Positions 8,197 to 18,549 of a stretch of DNA of 35,661 nucleotides are shown here, piece after piece. Each line of letters begins with the position of its first letter. The stretch's first letter is position 1. Made by a program: the position numbers and the translations under genes. The notes beneath the pieces are model-generated. The model was not told where the DNA came from. It searched no databases and was given only the letters and a program-made list of their open reading frames with translations. This DNA comes from a virus (taxonomy: Duplodnaviria; Caudoviricetes), in IMG/VR virus record IMGVR_UViG_3300025835_000018, positions 1 to 35,661 of that record, one strand, 5' to 3'.

Positions 8197-8367
8197 ATGA
8201 GATATCTGGCTGTATTTTTATTCTTAATCGCGTGTGGCGAGAGTGATAAGCCTAGAACGTACATCATTCAGGGCGAAGAGCTTACTTGCACAGTCCTTGA
8301 TTCGCAAGAGTGTGGACTCACCCTGGCTTGTGAAGGAAGCGGCATTCATCAGTGTGTGGGAAATTAA
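8197..8367 (+). CDS. 56-aa Cys-rich lipoprotein (not in ORF track)
   Basis: AGGAG RBS; MRYLAVFLFLIA-CGESDKPRTYIIQGEELTCTVLDSQECGLTLACEGSGIHQCVGN. Confidence 0.8.
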   Translation: MRYLAVFLFLIACGESDKPRTYIIQGEELTCTVLDSQECGLTLACEGSGIHQCVGN

Positions 8368-8957
8368 GAAACTTTCCCACCGATTTCGACCTTGTTTCCG
8401 GCAATGACTTTTGTCGCCATACCCCACAAAAGATCAATGTCTGCTTGGCTCATCTTCTCATGCTTTGAAGATCGTCTAATATCAAGAAGCCTATCCTTTG
8501 AGTATTTGGTAACATTCACCGAGTCGTTTTGATTGCCGCCTAAATAATGATCCGCACCTAAGTAGATCGCAACATGACCCTGCCACCCACTTATTGAGCC
8601 GCGCCAGAAAACGGCAATGTCGCCAGGTAGTGGGTTTTCTTTTGTCGAAACACCCCACTTGAGATAAGACCTGGCTGCCAAACTATTAGTTGAGCCCATA
8701 CCAACTGACTCTAAGCAATAAGCAATGAAGCCTGCGCACCAAGGCACATCGTCCGTGAGCCCTGAGTCGGTGTTTTCAATGCTTGCGCCATAATCAAGAT
8801 ACTTTTCAACCTTAGGGTTTGAGCCATCTCTCCATTCAACAGTCCCCACTTCGCGAGAAGCAAAGGCTAGAAAACGCTCGTTTCTAAAGTGACGTGGCGG
8901 CTTATTCTCAGGTTTAGATAACTTTTTAGAACTAAATAACTTCTTTAGACAATTCAT
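8364..8957 (-). CDS. Endolysin, TIGR02594-like NlpC/P60-CHAP peptidase
   Basis: DDVPWCAGF (Cys), AARSYLKWG, GHVAIY (His), LGGNQNDSV. Confidence 0.88.
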   Translation of the reverse strand: MNCLKKLFSSKKLSKPENKPPRHFRNERFLAFASREVGTVEWRDGSNPKVEKYLDYGASIENTDSGLTDDVPWCAGFIAYCLESVGMGSTNSLAARSYLKWGVSTKENPLPGDIAVFWRGSISGWQGHVAIYLGADHYLGGNQNDSVNVTKYSKDRLLDIRRSSKHEKMSQADIDLLWGMATKVIAGNKVEIGGKVS

Positions 8958-9325
8958 TGTTTCCTCTTATACTTGTTTAAAAAATCACGCTCAAAAATCA
9001 TAAATATCTGCTTATAATAGTTGTTCATCTTTACATAATCATCATGCGGAACGCTCACCATGTTGCGAGCCGATGGGCTGTTCCATGGGATTTCAAACTC
9101 TGTATTGTTGGCGGCACTACAGTGGAAAACTGGAGACTTTGAGTAATCACGTCCAGACTTTTCATCAATCGAGTAATTGTCATACAAACACATCGGGATA
9201 TCTGGAGGCTTTGGAAGTCCTGCACAACTAGTTATTAAGAAGAGCCCTGTGAGACTTAAGCCTACGCAAGTGAGCTTTGACCTCTTCAGTTGTAGTCGCA
9301 TCTTGAGCAAGTCTGATTGTTTCAT
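8954..9325 (-). CDS. Lipoprotein, putative o-spanin
   Basis: Basic N-region, hydrophobic core, LITS-C lipobox, Pro-rich start, extra Cys; overlaps upstream gene in lysis cassette. Confidence 0.6.
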   Translation of the reverse strand: MKQSDLLKMRLQLKRSKLTCVGLSLTGLFLITSCAGLPKPPDIPMCLYDNYSIDEKSGRDYSKSPVFHCSAANNTEFEIPWNSPSARNMVSVPHDDYVKMNNYYKQIFMIFERDFLNKYKRKQ

Positions 9326-9461
9326 CGTCTTCCCTCGCGAGTGCTGAGAGTTTTTTGTTCTCTTGAATGGTCGTTATGATCTCATTCTTTGCATCGTTAA
9401 CTAGATCCTCAAGAATGGGCCTTAAGATTGAGGTCAAAAGGCCCGTTAACCACGCTGACAC
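9228..9461 (-). CDS. Putative i-spanin-like protein
   Basis: N-terminal hydrophobic/amphipathic helix plus helical body; 98-nt out-of-frame overlap with the lipoprotein. Confidence 0.5.
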   Translation of the reverse strand: MSAWLTGLLTSILRPILEDLVNDAKNEIITTIQENKKLSALAREDDETIRLAQDATTTEEVKAHLRRLKSHRALLNN

Positions 9462-9688
9462 TAGCCCTCTTGCCCGTCGATCTTGTCGATCTTTGGCAAA
9501 ACCAAGGCATCAAGCTGATCAATAAAAGGAATCACCAAATTATCATAAGGTGTTTCGCTCAATACAGCAGACTCTTTGATCCATTGCTTTGTGATCTGGT
9601 AGGCCTGCTCTGCAAGGTCTTCTGACTCAACAAGTCCGGCTGCTTTTAATCTCGCACCAAGCTCTTTTAAATCATATGCTTTTTCCAT
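9461..9688 (-). CDS. Hypothetical lysis-cassette protein
   Basis: GGGGG RBS; first gene after tail fibre; coupled to next gene. Confidence 0.7.
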   Translation of the reverse strand: MEKAYDLKELGARLKAAGLVESEDLAEQAYQITKQWIKESAVLSETPYDNLVIPFIDQLDALVLPKIDKIDGQEG

Positions 9689-9711
9689 TCTATTCCCCCC
9701 TTGGGTTTTGG

Positions 9712-12222
9712 TTAGTCTATTTTAATAACTCTGAAGCCACAGTCTCCTGTCCCCGTACTATGTCCCGTATTTGTGTCGATGTTAGATCTGAGAATATCGC
9801 CCCGAAGGAGCCAGGCTGTTACTGTAACTGATTCTCTGCGGTTCGCAGTTGTGACGCCCGAAACAAGCGGTATGTTGCTGGAGTGACTTGTTGGGTTTTG
9901 TGCCAGGTTTACCTGGTTTCTTGTAATGGCAAACTCTCTACCCGCGTCCACGTTTTCATATTGAAACGTAATTGAATAGCGCCCGCTCTCGTTAATTGTA
10001 AAGCTGTCTCCATTGGTGGCGTCTGAGGCTCTCGTAATAGCGGCCCCGGTATTTATATTGACTGAACTAAACTGTAAGACTCTTGTTGCGGTCGAGCCAA
10101 CACCCACGGCGGTTAAAGCCCAAACCTCATTTTGTTCTTTATTCTTAACCACGCCCAGGGTTGTGAAGTCGGGGGAGCTAGAGATTTCTATCCAGTGTTT
10201 GCCAGCATCATTGCTTAACGTCTTACTAACGCTTAACCTAAAAGATAGAACGTCACCTTTTTGCAGTTCACCTTCCCACAAGAATGGAACTAACGCGTCA
10301 GCTACAGGTAAATACCCAGCGGCTTTGTTAATCGCCCCATTTATGTACGCATCTACTTGAAGACTCCCGCTCGCAGTATAAAAAACAAACCCTTTTGCCC
10401 TAATGTATTCACGTTTAGACGCAGTATAAGAATTGCCATCCCAAGCCCCATGAGAGTCTTTAATTTCTGTAAAATCAATATCGGTCACGTTAGCAGTTAT
10501 AGAAGTCGCGCCATTACCCGCACCACTCACCCGTATCGTATGCTGGCTCAACTCGTTCTCGGTGAGGACTTGGCCAGATGTCCAGCCTTCGATGGGGACT
10601 GAGAACTCAAAATAAATCTTAGAAGAACTCCTAAAAATTACGTTTGCGTTAGGCGCAGAGCTTGGAGAGCCAGAACTTGGCGCCGTGCTAAAGTCATCAA
10701 CAAACGTAACTAGCGATCCTCCACTTGGAAGCTGAAAAGCGCCGCTTGTAAAATCGTCAATAGAACTACCCGATTGTCTCCAGTTTCCAATATTAGTTGT
10801 GGCACTTCGAGACGCTGAAACTTTTCCATTGGCTAAAGATATAGTCGCCACACCCGCCGTTGGGGTTCCTGTTGTAATAACCCCACGTATGTCCATGTTT
10901 TCACCGACTCTGCGCCACTCGGCAAAGTCTATTGTTGCATTAAGGCTTGCCGACAAGGTCGGTGTGTAAAATTGCCACCCGCTAACAATAGCTGAATTCA
11001 CCTGAGCCGCAGGGCCAAACTCAAACTCATCAAACACCATGACAAAGGCATTGGTGTTGGTGTTGTTAACCCGAAGTCTTAACTCGATTTGCTCGGTCGT
11101 AGTTTCAAGGCTTGCCGTGTATCTGAAGGTAACAGGGTCGCTCACATTTAAAACTTCTCGATCCTCTTCTTGACCTGAATACAAGAGATTTTCATTTGTC
11201 ACATCATAGACCTCTAAAATCAAATCTCCTGAAACGTAACCACTAATCGGAAGCATTGCAAAAGAGCCATACATAGTTTTGCCACGATCAACTAAATCAA
11301 TCGTTTGACTAGCTAAATAAATGCGCTCGTTCTCAGCATCTGCTGCTGCCTTTGTTAGTTTAAGTGAAGTTGTCTTCTCTAATACTTCTCCTGAAGTAGT
11401 AGTGGGAACTAGTGTTAAATTAGTAGCGTCCGCTGATCTTAAGGCGTTTAATGTGAAAGTCCTAGGATTTCCAAACAACGCAGTGTCTGCCCTTGTAATT
11501 AAGTTACCTGTACCTGCGCTTTGATCAATGCGCGTGTGATAAGTCCCTGTCAGAAACGCAGTCAACCCTGTGCTGTAAGTCGTAGGTGTTGTTTGAGATG
11601 TCGCCATTGATGCGTTTGCAACTGTCGTGGTCCATACTGTTGCCCCTGGAGAACTGACAGGGCCCTCTATAATGCTGAGTGTCGCGTCTCTGTCAGAAGA
11701 CGATCTCCATATATCAATGACAATATTGTCTATGCGCTCATCAACTAAAGAAAACTCTTCAGTGTTTTCTGAAGTTAAAGCGAAGTTTGAATCTGAAGTT
11801 GTAACGTTATAAGGGGTCGTGTCCTCTTCTAATTTCTTGAGCCAATTTCCAATAGTGCCGTTCTCAAATTTTGCAGAGTCCGCGTCAAAGTAGTTTTTCT
11901 TGCCACCCCCACCAGCACCCGAGCCCACTTCAACTTCATCACCGCTTGAGTTTAAAGAGTAGAGCTTTCCATCATCTTTAGCGTAAAACTTTTTATAAGT
12001 AGCCCCTGGGGTTAAGGGAGTGGCTTCAAGCTCCTTAAGAGTTAGCTCATCATCAAAGGTTTTATTCGTTAACTTCTGATCGTCTGTGGTGCCCACAACG
12101 TCACCCTCAACAGACGTGAGGTTTGGAAAAGCCTGAATAAGCCTTGTTCTAATTGTGTTCCACCAAGAAGGGGTTACGTCATCACCAAAGTCTCGAACTG
12201 GTATGTCATCAAAAATCCCCAT
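9712..12222 (-). CDS. Tail fibre / receptor-binding protein
   Basis: 836 aa, S/T/G-rich beta modules, QKLTNKT and GSGAGGGG hinge, W-x-x-YTPT module; end of tail module. Confidence 0.75.
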   Translation of the reverse strand: MGIFDDIPVRDFGDDVTPSWWNTIRTRLIQAFPNLTSVEGDVVGTTDDQKLTNKTFDDELTLKELEATPLTPGATYKKFYAKDDGKLYSLNSSGDEVEVGSGAGGGGKKNYFDADSAKFENGTIGNWLKKLEEDTTPYNVTTSDSNFALTSENTEEFSLVDERIDNIVIDIWRSSSDRDATLSIIEGPVSSPGATVWTTTVANASMATSQTTPTTYSTGLTAFLTGTYHTRIDQSAGTGNLITRADTALFGNPRTFTLNALRSADATNLTLVPTTTSGEVLEKTTSLKLTKAAADAENERIYLASQTIDLVDRGKTMYGSFAMLPISGYVSGDLILEVYDVTNENLLYSGQEEDREVLNVSDPVTFRYTASLETTTEQIELRLRVNNTNTNAFVMVFDEFEFGPAAQVNSAIVSGWQFYTPTLSASLNATIDFAEWRRVGENMDIRGVITTGTPTAGVATISLANGKVSASRSATTNIGNWRQSGSSIDDFTSGAFQLPSGGSLVTFVDDFSTAPSSGSPSSAPNANVIFRSSSKIYFEFSVPIEGWTSGQVLTENELSQHTIRVSGAGNGATSITANVTDIDFTEIKDSHGAWDGNSYTASKREYIRAKGFVFYTASGSLQVDAYINGAINKAAGYLPVADALVPFLWEGELQKGDVLSFRLSVSKTLSNDAGKHWIEISSSPDFTTLGVVKNKEQNEVWALTAVGVGSTATRVLQFSSVNINTGAAITRASDATNGDSFTINESGRYSITFQYENVDAGREFAITRNQVNLAQNPTSHSSNIPLVSGVTTANRRESVTVTAWLLRGDILRSNIDTNTGHSTGTGDCGFRVIKID

Positions 12223-13227
12223 TTATTTATTCCCCTCAAGATGCTTTATGCGAGCTTCTAACTTTTCTACCTTCTCTGTCAACTCTCTAACGATGGGTAT
12301 TAGCATCACGCCGATTGCCCCGTAGTTTACACCCTCGCACTGGCCGTCTTTACTTTTCGGCACAATTCTCGGCTCTATTTCGTTAACCTCTTCGGCAATT
12401 AAACCAATAATATCTTTTCCGTTTTCAGCATCATCATCGATACTGTCGAAAACCACAGGCCTTAAATTTAAAATATTATTTACATCTAAATCTTTGATGT
12501 TCTTTTTATATCTTCTAGATGATGTAAATCTCCTAAGTCTCCCATCAGATGTAACTGTTACGTTTGCAGCTGGACTAGCGACAGTTGAATCATAAATATC
12601 TTGAGCTATAAACCACAAAGAAGAATTCAGAGTCATTGTTGCAGTTGTCACCGTGACTCTAGTGGTGCCCTCCGCGTCAATGAAGGCTTGAGCGTTATTG
12701 CACCTAAACCCAGTTGAGGTAGTGGCGTTTGTGTTACGAATCCCAGTCTCACTAGAGTTGCAATAAAACCCAGTCCTAGTGTTTCTAGTCAGCGTTAGAT
12801 CCCCCGTCGTTGTGCCAATGTTCCCAATCCCTGTGCCGTGAGCCACAAGGTTTACCGCTCCATTAGAAGCCGCATTGAAAGTAAGCCCCGTGGCGGCTGA
12901 CAAAACCCCCCCACCAGAAGGCCTCAGCGCAACGGGGCTTCCCGTTAAGTCTAACCCCCCAGATGATGTTTGAACTGTCATTGCCGCGTCACCTTGGATA
13001 TCGTTTGTGCTGACCGTTGTGGCCTGGGCTTTGTCTAAAATAGCAGTCTCTGCTCTAACATTCTTAAATCGAAAAGAAGTGTCCCCAAGGTCTGCGCCCT
13101 CGTTTGTGGGAACCCCGTTTACGTTTCTTGGTACAATGTCGCCACTCAGACCAATCTTGTATTGATTCGGGTCCGCAGGCTCAATAATCTCACCCTCAGC
13201 TTTTGTGACAAACGTGTTGGTTCCCAT
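12223..13227 (-). CDS. Tail fibre/spike with C-terminal intramolecular chaperone (peptidase S74)
   Basis: TSSRRYKKNIKDL, LRPVVF, GLIAEEV, VNYG, terminal coiled coil. Confidence 0.88.
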   Translation of the reverse strand: MGTNTFVTKAEGEIIEPADPNQYKIGLSGDIVPRNVNGVPTNEGADLGDTSFRFKNVRAETAILDKAQATTVSTNDIQGDAAMTVQTSSGGLDLTGSPVALRPSGGGVLSAATGLTFNAASNGAVNLVAHGTGIGNIGTTTGDLTLTRNTRTGFYCNSSETGIRNTNATTSTGFRCNNAQAFIDAEGTTRVTVTTATMTLNSSLWFIAQDIYDSTVASPAANVTVTSDGRLRRFTSSRRYKKNIKDLDVNNILNLRPVVFDSIDDDAENGKDIIGLIAEEVNEIEPRIVPKSKDGQCEGVNYGAIGVMLIPIVRELTEKVEKLEARIKHLEGNK

Positions 13228-13231
13228 AAAA

Positions 13232-14464
13232 TTAATTCTCCCTTAAATTAAATATCATTGTATCTTTACTCGGATTTATAGTGATTGCCATGATTTTAAA
13301 TGAAGTTGTCTGCGCGTTTATCACCAATGAATACTGCCCGACAGGATACCTGGCTTGTCCGTATGCAGAAAGCCCATAGCGCGGAATCACGTTTTCATCT
13401 GCTGACCTATACACAGTCGGATAATCGACTAAGACTTTATCCTTCATCATAAGCTCAATGACCTGGTTATTGATTGAAGTCTCAAGCTCAAACTCAATCT
13501 TTGGATCGCGAAAATCATTCTTGATCTCATCTAGTATATTTTGAATCTTGGAAGTTGAAGCGTCACTTATCACGTCAACTGAGAGCTCTATTTGCTGCAC
13601 CCCGTATTTAGCTATGCTTGTCGCATCCGTTGATTTTAAAGCAGTGTCTTGCCACTTTACGAAGTTAAAGACCCTGTTGATACCGTCTCGAAAGTTCTTA
13701 ATATCAATGATGTTTTCGATCCCGTTGATTGAAGCCTGGCCGAAAAAAGTATATTGTGAATCAACTGTCTCTTCACGACTTTGAACGTAAATCACCCCGT
13801 CTTGAATGTATAGAACAGAGCTTGCAGCTAGAAGCAAGTCTCCGCTATCGAGAGCCTCCCTGACAGTCTTGTTCTCAAGATTGGACTTATCATCAATCCC
13901 TTCGTCAACTGCGCACACGATATTCGCTTGGTCTACTGTCAAGTAATCAGTGATCGGCGATTGATTGAGCATCGTGTAAATGACCCCTGAAAAAGTGTCG
14001 CCATTTGAAATTGAAGAGAAAGGAACCTCCACTCTTGATAAAAGAGAATCAAAGCCCGCAAAGCGAAAACTTATGTCCTGATCATCAATGCTCGCGATAC
14101 TTGAAATCTCTGACAACAAGCCATCGAAAATCACAACCTCAGATGACAGAGGCCCGTCGCCACACTTGAAAAAACCAGCCTTGGAAAACGTGCTCCTCAC
14201 ATCCCATGTGATTTGGATAAGAGAGTCCTGTCTTTTGTCTGAAAAAATGGACTTTTCAGTGTCGGCTGCAGAGTATTTCCCGTGATCGTTCCTGAGTTTG
14301 ATGTTCACTCCACTTGTCTTAAAAATCCCGATATCATAAGTCGAGTTGTCAAGGGACCTTGAAATAGAGCCAATGGATATCACATCACTAGAGATATCAG
14401 TGTACTCTTCAGCATAAACGCCTGGAGAAACAAAAGGCTTTATATAAACTCGATACCTGCTCAC
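13232..14464 (-). CDS. Tail tip / baseplate hub protein
   Basis: Second gene after tape measure; SIAKYGV motif typical of hub proteins. Confidence 0.65.
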   Translation of the reverse strand: MSRYRVYIKPFVSPGVYAEEYTDISSDVISIGSISRSLDNSTYDIGIFKTSGVNIKLRNDHGKYSAADTEKSIFSDKRQDSLIQITWDVRSTFSKAGFFKCGDGPLSSEVVIFDGLLSEISSIASIDDQDISFRFAGFDSLLSRVEVPFSSISNGDTFSGVIYTMLNQSPITDYLTVDQANIVCAVDEGIDDKSNLENKTVREALDSGDLLLAASSVLYIQDGVIYVQSREETVDSQYTFFGQASINGIENIIDIKNFRDGINRVFNFVKWQDTALKSTDATSIAKYGVQQIELSVDVISDASTSKIQNILDEIKNDFRDPKIEFELETSINNQVIELMMKDKVLVDYPTVYRSADENVIPRYGLSAYGQARYPVGQYSLVINAQTTSFKIMAITINPSKDTMIFNLREN

Positions 14465-15288
14465 ACGACCTCTATCAGCTTAACTGTCATGCCCATACCG
14501 TTGACATAAATTCCCTTTTCCCATTCAGGCTGCCACTCGCTGGCCACGCCACAAAGGAAAATATCCTCGTTCCTATATCCAATTCTCTTATAACGAAACT
14601 GAGTCTCATCGCCCGCACTTGGCCAAAATAAAAACCCGCTTGGTTGAAAAAAATGAAGCTCTTCTAGAAGTGTTAAGTCATCGTCTTCAGGCCAAGAAGA
14701 CAAAACAAGGTCGACACTGTATGCGCCAACACGCTCAAGAATCTTTGCCTTACCGCTGATTGTGGGCACTGCCTTTTTTGATAAGTTTATCGTGGGCTTT
14801 TTAAGTATGGGGTTACCCTTAAACTGGCCGCTTCCAATAGTCTGCGTCACTATGAACTGTCTGATTGTTTTATCAACGTCTCCTGTGATCGTGGCAGTTA
14901 TAATGAGCCGCACTTTAGAGCTCTGCACCTGATCAAATTGGTGAAATATTGTGGATCTTGTGTTGTTTGTAACATCAATCACTGTTGAGAAATCATTCCA
15001 TGTTGCGGCGATATCATCCCACCACTCTAATGAATAATCCTTAAAGTTCACGCCCACTAGAATCAGCGTGTTAAAACTTAAGATATCATCACACGTCATG
15101 ATAAGAGTCGTGTTCCCGGCATCACTTGAACCGATCGTCCCCCACCCAGAGTTGTTGTCCCTGTTGAGCATGAAGCGCGTAAAGTTCTCACCAAGACCTG
15201 TTGCCACAGAGTCGGTGATATCCCAAGAGGCATTATCAAGATCGAGATCAATAAGGTTTTTTCTGAAAAATCTTGGCTGCCCGCTCAT
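14461..15288 (-). CDS. Distal tail protein-like with beta-sandwich insert
   Basis: Immediately after tape measure with ATGA coupling. Confidence 0.6.
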   Translation of the reverse strand: MSGQPRFFRKNLIDLDLDNASWDITDSVATGLGENFTRFMLNRDNNSGWGTIGSSDAGNTTLIMTCDDILSFNTLILVGVNFKDYSLEWWDDIAATWNDFSTVIDVTNNTRSTIFHQFDQVQSSKVRLIITATITGDVDKTIRQFIVTQTIGSGQFKGNPILKKPTINLSKKAVPTISGKAKILERVGAYSVDLVLSSWPEDDDLTLLEELHFFQPSGFLFWPSAGDETQFRYKRIGYRNEDIFLCGVASEWQPEWEKGIYVNGMGMTVKLIEVV

Positions 15289-18251
15289 CCTAATGCCCCT
15301 AATCCCACGCCATCAATACGACGCCTCTCAATTAATTTCTGCTCTATAATCTCAAAAGCCTCATCACGAAAGCCCACAACAACGTCCATAACGCCACCAC
15401 TAGCCGTGCCGCCTGCTTCAGGGGAGCCGAACTTCTGTTGAAAGTCTGGTACGAGAGCCCTTGGCACAACAGCCTCGCCTGGCTCAAGCATCATAGGGAC
15501 CCTGTCCCTTGATCCGCCACCCACGCTTGGCACAATGCCACCACGCTTGGCACTCAAGACGGCTGCTGCCTGCTCGCCACCAAAGGCAATAAGAGCACTA
15601 GCTGCCGCAATACCAAGGGCTGGCCCCACAATGGGAATTCCCGCAAGTGAAGAATAGGCACTAATTGCACCCTCTGCTGTCTTGATACCGATTTGAACGA
15701 GTGAGGCGGCCTTGCCAATACCTTTAAGCGTTTGATTCTTGCTTTGAGTTAAGCGGACAAGAGAGTTTGCAGTCTCTCCTGCAAGCTGGACCTCTTCTTG
15801 AGCAAAGAATCTGTTGAGCTGAGCTACCTCTTTTCCAAAGCGCTGCTCGTCTTTTATAAAGTTCTTGCGCCTGTTTAAGTTCTCTTGAAGCTCTTCAGCA
15901 ACAGCCTCTCGCTCAATGTCGCGCTTCGATTGAATCTTGTCGCGAAACTTCTGGACCTCTTGCTCATCTAAAAGTTCTCTTTGTTCATCAGTCAATTCTT
16001 GAAGCTCTTCTTGCAAAGCTTGCTCTTCATCAAACTGCTGCTGAATGCGATCAAGCTTTTGCGCCGCTCTTTCTTGCTCCTGCTGAGCCAACAAATCAGC
16101 GTTTTCAGCTTCTACGTTTTGTGCCGCCTGAAGTTGTTCTTTTAATATTCCAAGTTGTCTTTGATTGGCCTCAAGCTGAACTTGCTCTGTGGCAGACAAG
16201 CGCTCTTTTATAGCAAGCTGCGCGTTCTCGTTTTCAATCCGATCAATGTCTTTTAAGAACTGAAGCTGGCCTTGCTTGTTCTTTATTCTCTGATCAGCAG
16301 CTTTTTTCTCCTCTTCTTGGATCTTCTTTAAGCCCTGATCAAGGATTTCTTCTCGGTCTAGGTTTGCTCTAGCTGCCTGTTGTTTTAAAAGATCATTCTC
16401 CCTTTCTCTGATCTCACGAACCCTGGCGGCAGCCTCTTGCTCTTTTGAAATGAGATTATCTAATGATTCATCTTTCCCACCAGCATCTGCTGGGTCTTTG
16501 GGATCTGTGCCACCAACGCCTGGCAGGTTAGGAGCCGGAGCATCTGCTGCAAGAGATCCTGCAATGGACTCATTATAAGCTTTTGAGAATGCATCGCCTG
16601 CGCCTTTTCCTATCTCAAGACTTCTTGTGACAAGTCCATTTTTTATGTCAGATAAGCCCTTTAAAATGCGGTCCTTATCAAGCGTGAAAACACCGACAAG
16701 TAGGTTCCCAACTCCGCCAAGGGTTTGAAAAATACCGCTTGCAAAGTTCTTAACGATTGTCGAAAGGGCTGCGAACGTGCCCGCTGCCACGGCCCTTGTC
16801 TTATCAAGGTTTGAAATCATTAAGGATAGGGCCACGAGCACGAGCCCTATCCCTGTTGCGGCTGCAAAGCCCCTTACAGTTGTAGTGGCGGCAATTACTC
16901 CTGCTCTGAAGATAGCAACAGCTTTTGTTCCAAGAGCAAGGGTCAGGTTATAGGCTTTTTGAATGTTACCTGCAATATTGAGGGCCGCGTTTGCAGCAAT
17001 CACCGCACGTTGAAGCTTGATGTACCCTAAAACAAGAGTTGAAACGACTGCAATGAGTCCCGTGAAGCCCGCCACAATACCTGTTACAACCGCTATGATC
17101 TGTATGGTGCTCTTTGAAAAGCCTGCAAACGTGCTCGCCACTGCTGTCAGAGCTGTAGCAAGTGCATTGAGTGCAGGAGCAAAGACCTCTCCAAAGGTGA
17201 CCGCAACAGCATCGCCTGCTTGCTTGAGGCGCTTCATCGTTTGTTCAACTGTTGCCTGTTTGGTCGCAAGGGCCTCTTGAAAGACTGTGCTCCTGCTCGC
17301 GGCATTGCCGATCTCGTCGATCTGCTTTGCGACAAGATCGCTCTGACCGCCCGTGAGAGAAAGCACAACAGCCAAAGCTTCACTTGATCCTACAAGCCTT
17401 TGAATCTCTGCAACGTTCCCACCAGTAGCAGTTTTTAAAAGATCAAGGGACTTTACCAAGCCTCGCCTTTTAACATTCTCAAGATCTAGGGCGTCCCTGA
17501 TCTCTGCTGATTCATTGACAAGCTTTGATTGAACTAAAATAAGTGAGTTAAATGCTGCTCGCAACTGAGTGGCCGCTTGTGCTGTGGGCTTTGCTCCATC
17601 AGCAGTCAGTGAAGAAAGCGAAGCTAGAGTCTCATCAAACGAGATTCCAAGGGTCTTAGCAATACCCCCTACTTTGTTGAACTCTGTTGCAAGCTCACCA
17701 ACTGTTGTGACACCAAACTTTTGAGCCGTAAAGAACTTCTCTGCAATCTCAGTGGCTGTTCCAGCCTCATCCCCGTATGCAGTCAAGGTGGCGGCAAGTG
17801 CTTTCACAGCAGTCGCAGTGTCTGTAGCACCTGCAATAGCAAGCTGAGTGGCGGCTGTCAGAGTGTCGACCGCCTTCTCAGCTTCAACCCCTGAAGAGAC
17901 AAGATCAAATAAACCTTGGTTTAGAATCTCGAAGCTCTCACCACTTTGAGCAGATAAAGCAATGACACCCTCTTTTAAGCCGTTGATTCCGTCTTTTAGA
18001 TTTTTTGTTTTAAAAGAGCCCTGATCAAGAAGTGTGACTACGTTCGTAAAACCTTTTTCAAAGTTAGAGAACCTAGCAACAGTCCCAGCGACAGCACCCG
18101 CAAGGGCCACGAAAGCAACAGTTGAAACCTTAGCAGTTGTTGCAAGACTTCTCTCAAGATCTTTTGTCTTAGCCTTTGCCTTGTCAATTTCGTCGGTAAA
18201 GTTCTTAGCAGTACCGTTAATTTTTATTAATAATTCTTGATCCTTGCTCAT
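15285..18251 (-). CDS. Tape measure protein (TP901-like core)
   Basis: 988 aa; A/G-rich helical core (GVTTVGELA), hydrophobic segments, E/Q/K coiled coil, IPIVGPALGIAAA; follows chaperones. Confidence 0.93.
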   Translation of the reverse strand: MSKDQELLIKINGTAKNFTDEIDKAKAKTKDLERSLATTAKVSTVAFVALAGAVAGTVARFSNFEKGFTNVVTLLDQGSFKTKNLKDGINGLKEGVIALSAQSGESFEILNQGLFDLVSSGVEAEKAVDTLTAATQLAIAGATDTATAVKALAATLTAYGDEAGTATEIAEKFFTAQKFGVTTVGELATEFNKVGGIAKTLGISFDETLASLSSLTADGAKPTAQAATQLRAAFNSLILVQSKLVNESAEIRDALDLENVKRRGLVKSLDLLKTATGGNVAEIQRLVGSSEALAVVLSLTGGQSDLVAKQIDEIGNAASRSTVFQEALATKQATVEQTMKRLKQAGDAVAVTFGEVFAPALNALATALTAVASTFAGFSKSTIQIIAVVTGIVAGFTGLIAVVSTLVLGYIKLQRAVIAANAALNIAGNIQKAYNLTLALGTKAVAIFRAGVIAATTTVRGFAAATGIGLVLVALSLMISNLDKTRAVAAGTFAALSTIVKNFASGIFQTLGGVGNLLVGVFTLDKDRILKGLSDIKNGLVTRSLEIGKGAGDAFSKAYNESIAGSLAADAPAPNLPGVGGTDPKDPADAGGKDESLDNLISKEQEAAARVREIRERENDLLKQQAARANLDREEILDQGLKKIQEEEKKAADQRIKNKQGQLQFLKDIDRIENENAQLAIKERLSATEQVQLEANQRQLGILKEQLQAAQNVEAENADLLAQQEQERAAQKLDRIQQQFDEEQALQEELQELTDEQRELLDEQEVQKFRDKIQSKRDIEREAVAEELQENLNRRKNFIKDEQRFGKEVAQLNRFFAQEEVQLAGETANSLVRLTQSKNQTLKGIGKAASLVQIGIKTAEGAISAYSSLAGIPIVGPALGIAAASALIAFGGEQAAAVLSAKRGGIVPSVGGGSRDRVPMMLEPGEAVVPRALVPDFQQKFGSPEAGGTASGGVMDVVVGFRDEAFEIIEQKLIERRRIDGVGLGALG

Positions 18252-18549
18252 GCTGCCTTTTCATTCGCTCAAGTAGTTTTTGAGCCTGGGTGTCGTACTC
18301 TTTCTGCTCTTCTGGTCTTATATCAAGAGGCTTTGGAGATGCCTTAATCTTCTTGTCATGAAGAGCCGCTTCCCATTCCCTAGTTTCTGTTATCCCTTTT
18401 TCAATCACTCTTTTTATTTGAATGATTTGTCTTAAAGTTAAAGCGTAAAAATCATCAAGTCTGTAACCGTACCTGACAGCGAACATATCGAAGAGCTCTG
18501 CAAAACAAGCCTCCGCACTCTTTAAACGTCCGCTGTTAAGGACTTTTTT
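18217..18549 (-). CDS. Tail assembly chaperone GT extension (-1 frame)
   Basis: -1 frame from A AAA AAG reads VLNSGRLKSAEACFAELFDMFAVRYGYRLDDFYALTLRQ, open to 18217. Confidence 0.85.
   Translation of the reverse strand, partial: KKVLNSGRLKSAEACFAELFDMFAVRYGYRLDDFYALTLRQIIQIKRVIEKGITETREWEAALHDKKIKASPKPLDIRPEEQKEYDTQAQKLLERMKRQHEQGSRIINKN

Noticed and set aside
9712-13227. Diversity-generating retroelement targeting the tail fibres
   Set aside because: No reverse transcriptase and no TR/VR pair noticed in the window
10013-18240. Plus-strand ORFs of 60-115 aa inside tail genes
   Set aside because: Antisense shadows of long genuine genes with no recognisable motifs
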